DNA of 64,000 nt from Vicugna vicugna (Eukaryota): assembly GCA_013265495.1 (NCBI GenBank), contig MU058793.1, positions 126,001-190,000 on the forward strand. Direction: 5' to 3'. The position numbers were made by a program, and so were the translations under genes. The notes below the pieces were generated by a model. That model saw only the letters and a program-made list of their open reading frames with translations, was not told where the DNA came from and did no database searches. Numbering within the stretch: the stretch's first letter is position 1; each line of letters opens with the position of its first letter. Of this stretch, positions 1-12,001 are shown one piece after another.

Positions 1-344
1 TGAACCTGAAACTGGAGTTTCTTATGGAAATGAGAAAGCTCAATACTGTGAGCTGGTTAAGAAGCCAAGCTTCAGCTGGGAATTCCAAGGGCCATGCGTG
101 GTAGATGGGGGGGACTACATTTCAAATGAAATCTGCTACTATCCTCCCCCAACAGTCTGAACCTTTTGGTTAAAACAACTAGACTTTATCAGAAGCCCAC
201 TCTCGCATTTCTTTTTCCTAAAGCTAGCCCTGAATCAAGTCTGAGGACTAAATTGCCTTATTGCCTTGAACTAGCCTTATTAATGGGGTAGGAGGTTTAA
301 AGGTGTTAGCTATCTTATTGTAATAATAATGACAATAACAAAGA

Positions 345-590
345 CAATAACTATAAACCTAACTTAATGAGCCTTTACCATTTTGCAAGTTATATTCAGC
401 TTTATGCATTATTTATTATAAAATGTATCTCATAATAGGCTTGAAAGGTAGGTTATTGTCCCCCAATTTCATAAAGTAAAACTGAGATTTAGAGATTTCT
501 AGTAATTTTCCCAAGATGATATAACTGGAATGGGGACTGAGGATTCACATTCAAACCTGCTCTGAAGATTGTGCTTTTTATTACTATGCT
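345..590 (-). mobile_element. MIR SINE (degenerate)
   Basis: Antisense MIR core 'ttattgtcccccaatttcataaagtaaaactgagatttagag...cccaagatgatataact'. Confidence 0.65.
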
Positions 591-637
591 AAGGGACTGT
601 ATCCTTTGGCTTTTCTTTAAAAATTATTTAAAATTCT

Positions 638-700
638 TGTGTGTGTGTGTGAATGTGTGTATGTGTGTGTATGAATGTGTGTATGTGTGCATATGTGTGT
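638..700. repeat. Imperfect (TG)n/(TGTA)n microsatellite
   Basis: Direct reading; explains the His/Thr-rich ORF 624..854. Confidence 0.9.
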
Positions 701-859
701 AAAGAGAATGAAGAAGAAAGCAAAAATGTACCATAAACTCATTGCCTACACGTGCACGTGGCATGAAAATACAAGTGTAGTAATAGCTGAAGATGAAAAT
801 TAAAAGATTTCCCCAATGGCAACCACTTGCACATTTTCTTAAATAGCCTACCAATAAAA

Positions 860-1370
860 AGTACTCTGTACTGATTCACAAGATACATATATTTCCTCCT
901 TCCTTTTTTTGTTTTGTTTCCTTCTCCATATTGTTATTCATTCATGAGACAATCCCATATACACTGGCATACCCTAGCTTTTACTTTCATGTATTATATC
1001 TTGGTGCTCTTTCTGTCTCTGCATGTTTATATATATAAACATATATATTTTAAACAATCATTTAGTATTCCATTAATTTATTTAACTAGCTCCTGATGTG
1101 TTAATTTAAATTACATAATTTTAATAGAAAACTTTAGTACAATGAATATTCTTAAGCATGTATTTTGACACAGTTTTGTGAGTATATCCATAGGGTAAGT
1201 ATAGAGCAGTCAGCCATTTTTAGTCAGGGATCCTATACATTTATTAAAATTCCTGTAGGCATTGCCAAACTTCCCTCTATAGAGGCTGCATCGATTCACT
1301 GTCACCAACAGACTACGAGTAGTGCTTTTAACTGTGTCTACTTACTTTCACATCCATGTCACTTGATGCT
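860..1370 (-). mobile_element. Old L1 (L1ME-like) 3' fragment
   Basis: 'aatgaatattcttaagcatgtattttg...attgccaaacttccctctatagaggctgcatcgattcactgtcaccaacag' resembles antisense L1 ORF2 end/3'UTR. Confidence 0.55.
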
Positions 1371-2084
1371 CCCACCTACGTCATGAAGCAGGTAGACTAT
1401 AGACGCCACTCTTGAGCAAGAGTCAACGCTAGAACCCAGATGTTCTGATTCCAAGTACAGAATGCTTTCCTCGTACAAATTAACTTTAAAGATGCAAAGG
1501 TAAATAAAAGGTCAATACCCTCTGATTCTATCTCTGTCAGTTAAAGAAAGCAAATGCAACGGAGAATTTGTGGCTCAGGGTTCTGGGATAAAGGCTTTAA
1601 CCAAGCTTGGAAACTACTAAAATACCGCTTACTTAGAGTTTGGGATTGAGCCATAGCCTTCTATTGTTCAAAGGCATTTTCCTTTATAATAATTCCATGG
1701 AAAGAAAAACTACTTGAAAGCTGTATTTATTAAAAAGCCCCAAAGGCATTTGAACATCAATGTACATTTTTCTTTTTTATAGAAAAATCATAGTTAAGTG
1801 TAAATGAATGTCAACATGTGGTTTATATTTCCTTTAAGATGTATGTTGGCTTTAAAAACTAATGGAAATAACTTAGGAGAAATAGACTCCATAATACGGT
1901 GAATCTAAAATATGTAGAACATTTGGAGCAAATCAACATGGCAGGACGGTTCCTTACAGAGGAGATCTTCTGACTTCTCACGTGAGATTTCAAAGAGGAA
2001 GTCAGCACTCTGAACCCAGGGTCCAGACTTAGAGGGATGTGAGATATTTCAAAGTTAAGAAGGCCTTCACCATTATTCCCCATC

Positions 2085-2830
2085 CATTTAATGAATGTCT
2101 CTTCTGTTCTTGGAATCAGAGAAATGAAGGCAAATTAGTGAGCCTTGTTTTCAAGGAGTTGAAGTCCTAGTGAGGAAACCAGATATGGAAAGAAATAATA
2201 ACAATGGAGTAGATCAGTGGGGTATAACATAGTATTAGGGGACTACAAAGAGAGACATTCACCCTCTCTGGGAGGAAGGAAGGGTGAGGGAAGACATCGA
2301 GTGAAGAAGAGATCTACTCTTTGGACATCACAGCACTGAGAGTAGAATGTGTAAGAGCAGAAGCATGGAGGGTTGGCTTGAGAGGGAACGTGGGTAGTTC
2401 CATTTGATTGGACTGTAGAATAGATTGTGGAGGAAATAGTTATCGAGAGGGCTAGAGTAGCAAGCAGGTGCCAGGCCACGCTAAGGTGAATTTTATTGGG
2501 AAGAGCCAGTAAAGGGTTCAAAGGAGAAGAGTTTTGAGTTTTAGAAAGATTATTCTGTACTGTGTATGGAAAACAGATTGGAGAAGAGTAGTACTGGGGA
2601 CAAAAAGGTCAGTTAGGATTTGTTGTTGAAATTCCATAATAAATGAAGACCCAGTCTAAGGGACTAGGCAGTGAGGATAGAGAGAAGAAAATGAATTCAA
2701 AAAGTTTAGGTTGGGATGCCTGGGTGTGGTCAAGGGTAAATGAAGAGTCCATGGTGTACCCTGGATGTTTTACTTGAGCTCAGACGTTCAGCCTCAGGAA
2801 TGGATATTTAGTTGGCAATTGCATAAGGGG
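2085..2830 (-). mobile_element. L2 LINE fragment
   Basis: Purine-rich antisense L2 pattern 'gccttgttttcaaggagttgaagtcctagtgaggaaac...ttttagaaagattattctg...ggactaggcagtgaggatagagagaag'. Confidence 0.75.
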
Positions 2831-2989
2831 CAATATAACCTAGTGAAAAAGGCACTTACATTAATTCATTTACTTTTCATCTAAACATAAATAGAAGGCA
2901 CTAGAAATCGGACATATTAATGACTGTCCACATAAAACGTTAAAGAATCTGATAATCCTTTAAGATTAAGTGTTAAGGACTCCCAGCAG

Positions 2990-3800
2990 ACTTTACAATG
3001 TAAAAGAAGAAATTTCTCATAAAAATTACAGTTGACAATATCACACTCTAGAGAAGATATGAGGAAATGGAAACTCATTTTACTGTTGCTGGAAATGCAC
3101 ATGATATAATCCAGAAATTTGATTTCTCTGCATAAACCTTAGAGGAACTTTGGTGTACACACATGTAAGAGGATGTTAATTGAATCATTGTATTTAAAAA
3201 ATATATTCAAAAGTGAATGGATAAATTGTGGTATATTCATATAATAGAATACTATTCTGCTATTTAAATTAATAAACTATGTTTAAATATATTTAAAAAT
3301 GGAAAAATCTCAAAAAGATAATTTTAAGTGAAAAAAAATCAAATCGCTGAATCATATTAAAACAATCCATTGTATTATTTATGGATACTTATATCAGTAG
3401 TAAATACATTACAGTAAGTATATAAAAGAATGCCTAGGGACATCTACTTTAAGAGGTAAGGAGAAATCAAGAATGGATACTAAAGGGCATCAAAATATTT
3501 GGTTTATTAAACCATATATTTACTTTTTCCAACCTTGGCATCACTGATGTTTTGGGACAGATAATTCTTTGTTGTGGAGGATTTTCCTGTGCACATCACG
3601 GTGTTTAGCAGCATCCCTGGCCTCTACGTACTAGTTGCCAGTACCACTACCCCTGTCATGACCATCAAAAATGTCTCTAGACACAGCCAAACTGTCCCCT
3701 GCTGAGGAGCAAAATCATCCTTGTTTGAGAACGACTAACTTATTAGATAGGTATTCCTTATGTTATTCCTTATACTTTAAAAATTTTATAATAAAAGGTA
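2990..3800 (+). mobile_element. Old L1 (L1ME-like) 3' end, interrupted by MER20
   Basis: 'gtgaatggataaattgtggtatattcatataatagaatactattctgc' is the L1 ORF2 end/3'UTR motif. Confidence 0.6.
3522..3737 (+). mobile_element. MER20 (hAT-Charlie)
   Basis: 'caaccttggcatcactgatgttttgggacagataattctttgttgtgg...tttagcagcatccctggcctctac...aaaaatgtctctagaca...tttgagaacgact'. Confidence 0.9.
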
Positions 3801-6285
3801 TGGGGGAAGAAGACCACTCCTTCAGTTATTATTTTAATCAACTATATAGCATGTGCTGGTGCTCAGCCATCAAGATGCATAGAATAAGACCCTGTCTCCA
3901 GGAATTCCATGACTAGTCAGGCAATGTAGTGTGAAGAGGCCTTTGAGTGGAACAGATCAAGAGCTATAGATAGATCCAGGACAGACCAAGGAGAGATCTA
4001 GGACAGATCTAAGGACAGCTCCTGACTCTGTCACAAATTAGCTATGAGAACCTCAGTTTCCTCATGTCTGAAAGAAGTATTTTTCTTAAAGTGAGGTTTG
4101 ATTTCCTAGAACTCTAAAACATACTAAGTGTGCAATAAAGAGTCATAATTATACTGCTTTTTGTTTTTTTCATTATTATTTGTATGCACATAATAAATCA
4201 CATAAGACGGTGTTGACGACATCCTCTCTATCCCCTCCTCAGCATGTCTGCCTTTTTGTGGGTGGTCACAAGGAATAGGAGAGCACCTTATTCACAGCAA
4301 TTGCCTGTCAGATCCTACAATCTCAGCTAGCTCACAAGCACCCCTATTTTGCAGCCATGTAAGTATCCTTCACAGTGATGCAAAGGGAGAGGGCCCATGG
4401 GCCAAGCAACGTGAACATCACACAGCTCTGACACAGAAGTGGGTTCCCAAGAAATTCTTATATACTCACTTAAATTTTCACATTCTTTATAAAATCAAAA
4501 GCCCTCTTTTTTTTTTCTTCCTGTCTTTAATACTACCTAGATTTTCCTCAACTTATTTGTAGGCCCTACAAGATAATATCTGACCACACCACTCACAAGA
4601 GCTGCCTATTTGCATGCTTAAATAAAAGCTGATGACTTGTTCTCATGTTATGGGAAATGTTCTGGAGTCTTGGGCAAACTTACTTGGCACTTGAGCAGCC
4701 TTCCTTGGTAATAGTCCTAATACTAGTTGATTTTCTTCCAAATATATGCAAATTGTATTGTATTTTTGTAATAAAATATTTGTAAGAATCAGAAATTTAG
4801 TTTCCAATGTATCTCATTTACTATTCTTCACAAGCCATTGTTGAATTCAGCACTGAAAATACTGGTATGTATTATGGTCAGCTCTATGCCACATCATTAC
4901 ATATGCCAAACAGCCACAAAGTTGCTACAAGGGTTAAGAAAGGAGAGAATCCTTCCCTCTAGAGCAACCAAAAAGCCTAGAAGCCACAAGAAATGGTTGT
5001 GATTTGATTAAGCAGGAATGCAAGACAGGTGGTCCACGTTTGCATAAGAACAAACATGAATTAAGGCAAAGCAATAGGAAATAAGTCATTATAGAGCAGA
5101 ACTATAATTCTGGCTTGATCTAGAACATCATAATCAGGGCACCACAGAATTACTTAAATTAACAATTCATTCCACAACTAATTGTGTAGCACATAAAAAG
5201 AATCCAGCATCTTTCTAAGTATATATAACCTGGATCTTTCTATAACACCAAGGAGCAAATCAATAATCATGGAGTTGTCAGGATCCACTGGTGGGAGGAG
5301 GGGGGAATGTTTATATTCTAAAAATGGAGTAAGGATTCTATAGTATCCTTTGTATTACACTAGTGTCATATACTGTCACTAGTATGACTAAAATATGTCA
5401 TTTCAAAAGTGACTCTGTCCACTAACATATGAATTTACACATCATCATTGCTTTGTATCCTCCTGGAAAGAACATGGCTCAAGATGTACCTTCATTAGCC
5501 TCCTATTCCACCACATATTGTGGTTCCGAAGGACTGTCTCTATCCTAATGGATGAATTCAATTCATTGAAATTAATTGTTTTTAGTGTTCTTTTCACCTC
5601 TTGAAATACACAGCATCACAATGGGCTGAGGAGAATCTGTACGAGTAATCTGCATTGCTGCTAAATAATCAGATTCACTGGGTTTATCTGGGCTACACAT
5701 GACTTTAATCTGCTTTTTAAAACATCAGAAATCATTTAATATACTTCTAAAATGAATAAGGCAATAGAAAGGGAACACATTAATGACTATTCATATAATT
5801 TGTTAAAATTTTAACCCAGTTTATTATTAGTGTACTATAAATCATATTAATTACAAATATTGGTATTACGATGTATGCATAATTAGTTTCTAATCTCTAC
5901 TGCTTTAACACAGCTAAGATGCAGAAAAAGACTTCTAAGTGCTATCTGAGTATATTACAGACTGCTTAGAAGCAAACTGCTGTAATTCATATGCATTTTA
6001 CTCACATACAACGCTCTGAGAGATCACTTGTGATACTTAAGCAAATACTAATATGGGTTGAAATTGTTTAGCACTTACCAGAAATGAAAATTAGTATCTA
6101 CCAAGAGATGACATGATTTTAAAGAAACACAACTTTCCAAGTAACTGTACTACAGCATATGGTTTTCAGAAGTTAAATTAATCCAAATGTACAAAATCAG
6201 TGTTCTACTTGTATGACTCGAATTCTGTAATCATAAATCTAAATTAGTACACTGTCAAATAATAAGGTAACCCAAATCTACCTTG

Positions 6286-6299
6286 CTGCTGGAGGGCAC
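6286..6299 (+). promoter_or_regulatory. CTCF-like motif
   Basis: CTGCTGGAGGGCAC is close to the CTCF core CCRSYAGRKGGCRS; motif match only. Confidence 0.3.
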
Positions 6300-6739
6300 C
6301 TTTGAGGTTGAAATGAACCTCTTGATTATACAGATGAGAATATAGAGGACTATCAGGGAAGTTATGTCTTATCCAGGACCCAATCATAGTAAAGTTTGTC
6401 AATGCTAATGCAGTATTTGATCCTCTGTGCCTCATGGACATTCCAGGTGTCCCTTTGGGCTTCCTCTTGTGCTACTGTGAGACAAAAAAGGAGTGAGGTA
6501 GCATTCTCCAAGATGTGAGTGATGGGTAGGAGTCTCTCTATATAACCCAGAGTTTAGAATTTCATTATTATAATTATTCTTTGAAGGATTTTATAAGATT
6601 TTATATTTTTTTCTCTAAAATTTCCTGTTGATAGAATAGTTCTTATGGAAGTAAAAGTTTGCTTAAATTATCAGTTAGCACCTTGGTAGAAATGCTAGCA
6701 AAATAAGGAGAGAGTTGTCATAAGGCCAGTGAACAGAGA

Positions 6740-6972
6740 GGTTTGAATGCACAGAAAGGGAAAATGACATGAGCAGAATGTAAGAAAAAACATTCCTACA
6801 GTCAGAACAAAGCTAAATGGATGGAGACAGGTGAATTTTCCATTGCTGGATGTGTCCAAGTAGCAAATGAACACATTACTTGTCAAGGATGCTATAGAGA
6901 TCATTTAAGAACCAGTTAAGAGTTGCCTACAATAACTCTAAGTTTCTCTCCAACTCTGAGATCCTATGAGTC
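6740..6972 (+). mobile_element. L3/CR1 LINE 3' end
   Basis: Ends 'aactctaagtttctctccaactctgagatcctatgagtc', a CR1-type 3' terminus. Confidence 0.65.
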
Positions 6973-7676
6973 ACTGAAAGAAATTTGAACAAAGTAGATG
7001 TTAGAGGGGTAAGGGGGCCTTGAGATGAGAAATGGTATAACACCAAAGACAAGGTTTTACTTTCTACTTTTTATAAAGTAAAATTGCCTTGAGAACAACT
7101 GAATATAAAAAGAAAAGATCTGCTTGAAACTGTGGAGTCCTTTACCATATCCTATCAAGTGGCATCCAGAAGTGAGGGCTGTGGTACATCTAGATCCCTA
7201 AGATGTTCAGAGAGACCTCTAAGCCTTGAATATCTGCTTTCAATTCCCATCATCTTTGTAAGGCAGAGTTAAAATACAGGATTTATCATTTTCATTAGGG
7301 GTAGAAAACAGTAGACTTATTCAGTGGGCACTGAAAATTAATATATTATTGTTTTTACATAAATTATATATTGTATATATTATTATTCTATTTCTCTAAC
7401 CCTTGGGTTATAATACTCTAAAGGATTATTATTTTTGTGTTTCAGAATCCTACACAGATATGCTTAGTGCTCAGTTGTACATACACACATTAATGTTAGT
7501 AGGTATGCATTTATTTATTTTAAATGGCAAAAGGTTAAACTTTATGTGTAGATAAGCTCATCACCTTTAATCCAAGACATCCCTAGTGGCTATTGAGGAA
7601 ATTTCTAGTATAGAGCCCAGTATGAACAAACCATTGGCCAGAGCTTCCCAGAAGTGTGTCAAGTATGAGTTATGAG

Positions 7677-7834
7677 CAGAGGTGGACATCAGTCTTGTGG
7701 GGCCTAAAGCTTATACAATTCAGAAAATCTTTTAAAAGAAAATTAATAAAAACCTATAGATTCAAAATCAGGTGAAGGACTTTAGATGGAGCCCATGAAA
7801 GTGAGAATTTCTGCAGTGTAAGTTTCATGAGCAG
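7677..7834 (-). mobile_element. Arthur1A/MER69A-like hAT-Tip100 element, left part (right part 10480-10588)
   Basis: 'cagaggtggacatcagtcttgtggggcctaaagcttatacaatt...'; terminus 'tacctctg' at 10581-10588 is complementary to the 'cagaggt' start; split by an L1. Confidence 0.7.
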
Positions 7835-10457
7835 CCTATCCTCTCAAACTACTCCAAAAACCTGCAGAAGAAGGAACATTTCTGAACTCATTCTACGAGG
7901 CCAGCATCATCCTGAAACCAAAACCAGACAAAGATAGCACATAATACAGAAAAATTACAAGCCAATATCACTGATAAACATAGATGCAAAAATCCTCAAC
8001 AAAATAGCAGCAAATTGAATTCAACAATACATTAAAAGAATCATACACCATGATCAAGTGGCACTTATCTCAGTAATGCAAGGATGGTTCTGCAAATATC
8101 TGCAGGTCAATTAATAGTATATACTAGGTTGACAATTTGAAGAATAAAAATGATATGATTATCGCAACAGATGTAGAAAAGGCTTCTGACAAAATTCAAC
8201 ATTCATTTATGATAAAAACTTTCAACAGAGTGAGTATAGAGGGAACTTACCTCAACATAATAAAGGCCATATATGACAAGCCCACAGCTAACATCATATT
8301 CAACAGTGAAAAGCTGAAAGCACTTCCTCTAAGATCAGGAACAAGAATATAATGCCCACTCTCATACTTTTGTTCAACATAGTACTGGAAGCCCTAGCCA
8401 CAAAATTCAGACAAGAAAAAGAAATAAAAGGAATCCAATTTGGAAAGGAAGAAGTAAAACTGTCACTGTTTGCAGATGACACAACACTATTCATAGAAAA
8501 TCCTAAAGACATCACCAAAAAACTACTAGACCTCATCAATGAATTTGGTAGAGTTGCAGGATGCAAAATTAATACACAGAAATCTGTTACATTTCTATAC
8601 ACTGACAACAAACTATCAGTAATAGAATTTTCTTAATTCCATTATAAGCATATCAAAAATAATAAAATATCTAGAAATAAATCTAAGTAGGTAAAAGACC
8701 TGTACTTGGAAAACTATAAAATAATGATAAAAGAAATTGAAGACAACATAGATGGAAAGTGGTCATGAACTAGAATAATTAATATTGTTAAAGTGACCAT
8801 ACTACTCAAGGCAATCTAGAGATTCAGTACAATTTCTATCAAAATACAAATGGCATTTTTCACAGAACTAGATAGAACAAATAATTATAAAATTTGTATA
8901 GAAACACAAAAGACCCTGAATAGCCAAAACAATCTTGAAGAAGAATAAAGCTAGAGATATGCTCCTTCATTTCAAAATATACTGCAAGCCTACAGTAATC
9001 AAAATAGTATGGTGTGTCACAAAAACAGACACACAGATCAATGGAACAGAATAGAGAGCCCAGATATAAACCCATACTTAAAAGAGCAATTAATTTATGA
9101 CAAAAGAGGCAAGCGTATACAATGGGGAAAAGACAGCCTCTTCAAGAAAACAGTGTTGAGAAAATTGGACAGCTACATGAAAAGAATCAAACTGGACTGC
9201 ACAAAAATAAATTCAAAATAGATGAAAGGCTTATATGTAATACCTGAAACCATAAAATTTCTCTAAGAAAACACAGGCAGTAAGCTCTCACATCAGTCTT
9301 AGTAATATTTTTTTGGATATGTCTCCTCAGGCAAGGGAAACAAAAGCGAAAATAAACAAGTAGAACTACATCAAACTAAAAAGCTTTTGCACAGCTAAGG
9401 GAACTACCAACAAAATTAAAAGGCCATCTACAGATTGGGAGAATATAATTGCCAATGATATATCTGATAAAGGGTTAATATCCAAAATGTTCAAAAATTC
9501 ATACAATTCAAAATCAGAAAAAAACAAACCACCCAATTAAAAATGTGCAGAGGATCTGAATAAACATTTTTCCAAAGAAGACACACAGGTGGCCAACAGG
9601 CACATAAAAAGAGGCTCAACATCACTAATCATAAAGGAAATGCAAATCAAAACCACAATGAGCCATCACCTCACACCTGTCAGAATGGCTGTTATCAAAA
9701 AGACAACAAATAACAAACATTGGTGAGCATGTGGACAAAGGGCACCCTCGTGCCCTGTTGGTGGGAATGTAAATTTGTGCAGCAGCTACAGAAAATAGTA
9801 CGGAGATTCCTTAAAAAAATTAAAACTAGAACTACCTTATGATCCAGGTTACCACAAGAGATTGAGGTACAAACTCCCAGTTGCAAAATACATTATTCAT
9901 CAGTATGAAATGTACAGTGTAGGGAATATAGTCAATAACTATGTGACATCTTTGTATGGTGACTTTACAATATTGTAACTAGATACTGTGATGATCATTT
10001 TGAAATGTATAGAAACACTGAATTACTATGTTGTGTAACAAGAAGTAACATAGTGTCAGTTATACTTCAAAAACAAACAAACTCATGGGAAAAGAGATCA
10101 GATTTGTGGTGGGGGGTGGAGGGGTGGGAAGTTTGAATGAAAACAGTCAAATGTACAAATCTCCAGTTATAAGATAAATTAGTACTAGGGATGTATAGTA
10201 CAGCATGATAAATATAATTAACACTGCTGTATGTTGAATATGACAGTTGTTAAAAAGAGTAAATCCTAAGAGTTCTTATCCCAAGGGAAAAATTTTTTGT
10301 AGTTCTTTAATTTTGTATCTATTTGAGATTATGGATGTTCACTAAATTTATTGTGATAATAACTTCATGATATACTTAAGTCAACTTATTACTCTGTATA
10401 CCTTAAACTTATACAGTGTTCTGTGTCAATTATATCTCAATAAAACTGAAGAAAAAA
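7835..10457 (+). mobile_element. 5'-truncated L1 LINE: decayed ORF2 (RT and C-terminal part) plus 3'UTR
   Basis: ORF track 8137-8636 gives L1 RT motifs ([31 protein letters not shown]); 9009-9221 QWNRIESPDINP; many stops/frameshifts; internal deletion near 9847; G-rich tract ~10108-10128; AATAAA and A-rich tail. Confidence 0.95.
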
Positions 10458-11143
10458 TAGTAAGTAAATAATTTTTTTTAAAAATCCTATGGATTCAAAA
10501 TTAGGTGCAGGACTTTGGATGGAGCCCTTACACATAAGTGAGGGTTCCTGAAGTATGTTTCATAAACAACCCAACAAAGATACCTCTGGGTGACAGGTGT
10601 GCCAAGAATCCGACCCACTCATCTCTCAAACTGTGCTAGTAGACTTGAGGTGGGCAGCGCCCCAGACTTGTTGCCTGCATCTAGCCATGTATCTATTTAC
10701 CCCTTTGGGTTGACGTATATCACATCCATTGAGTAGAATAATAAGAAAAACTTGGGGAAGCCCTGTTCCTGGTAACTTGAAGACAATTTCCCTTTCTGTG
10801 GCTACAAACACATTATCTTCTTTAAGATAGAACTAGAAGGGATGACCGAACACACTTTATGTTTTCTAATGCTCAAAGGAATTTTAATCTCTTACCCAAT
10901 ATGTACCTCAAAATAATTCTGTAAGGCAAAACAGGTTTTATTGTAAACTGGGAAATTTTTTTGGTCATTTAAAAATGAATGTCCTTTTCATGTGCTTCTT
11001 TCTCTCTCCCTTTCTTAATCTCCTGTCACTTATCTCCAATTCCACCAGAAAATATCAAATGATACTTTTATCATTTCACAGGAGCATTTTTAATGTGATT
11101 GCCACACTTGTGTCATGAGAGCTAACTAAGTGAGCATGCTCAC

Positions 11144-11209
11144 CTACGCCGAAGGAATCTCAATGCCATTTTGAATCTTGCAGTCAAGATTCCATAAGCA
11201 CAGAAACAT
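11144..11209 (-). other. Candidate 66-nt spliced exon of an unidentified minus-strand transcript
   Basis: Minus strand: long T tract then gttttag|ATGTTTCTG...CTTCGGCGTAG|gtgagc; canonical sites, unique sequence, length 3n; one frame open (CFCAYGILTARFKMALRFLRR). Confidence 0.55.
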
Positions 11210-12001
11210 CTAAAACAAAAAAAAAACCTAATATACATATTTTCTACATACTGTTGTTCTGAACATGTCATTTCTAAAATGCTCATTTATCAAGAGATCT
11301 GCATAATTAGCAGGTACAAAAAAAATGCTATAGAGGAATATTTCCAATCTGTTGAATGACAATTCTTTTCTCCCATGAAGGCTACAATAGTTTAACAAAA
11401 ACATGCTGAAACGTCACATATGCCCCATCCGGGCATCAAGCACTGCAGTGTTTCCAGCTTCTTCTATTCTTTCTAGGAAGATCTGTGAGGCAGGTGAGTT
11501 TAGGACTGTAACAAACTGGATTAGCATGGAGAGCTTTTTGCCCCATTTATTGAAATTAAATGCTAATTGGTCCCAGAGCTGCAGACAATTCTGAGATACA
11601 AAACAGTGTGCAACATGGGCATTTCTCCTCCTACTAATGTAAAGTCTCCTCAAAAAGCACATACGCTGGCCTGGAGCACTTATGTTCCTTGTTGAATTAT
11701 CAAATGAATAAACAAATAAAGAGGAAATCCCCCATTTTTGCTAGGATTTTGGTTTCAAAACTAACTTCTCACCTACCAGAAGCAGTGAGTGATCTCAGTA
11801 TTGTTCACAACCAAAATATTATTTCGCTCATATGTACAAATCTCATCCAGCCACCTGGAGGGTGACATGTCCCACCTTTGGCCTTTCAACACATCAGAAC
11901 TTTCACCTACACTACTTTATGAGCTCCTTTGAGGATAGATATTTTTAGCCTCATTTTTCAAGCAAATAAATAAGCTCACCTAGTGAGACTGGATTACCTA
12001 C

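Noticed and set aside
3971..4018. Degenerate 'agatctaggac' repeats
   Set aside because: Short local slippage inside a MIR; no spacer structure, not CRISPR-like.
6079..6224. Minus-strand exon ending at TG|gtaagt
   Set aside because: Poor pyrimidine tract and stops in all three frames.
8137..9221. Reverse-transcriptase-like ORFs as a host gene or retron-like system
   Set aside because: Frameshifted fragments of L1 ORF2 in a truncated element.
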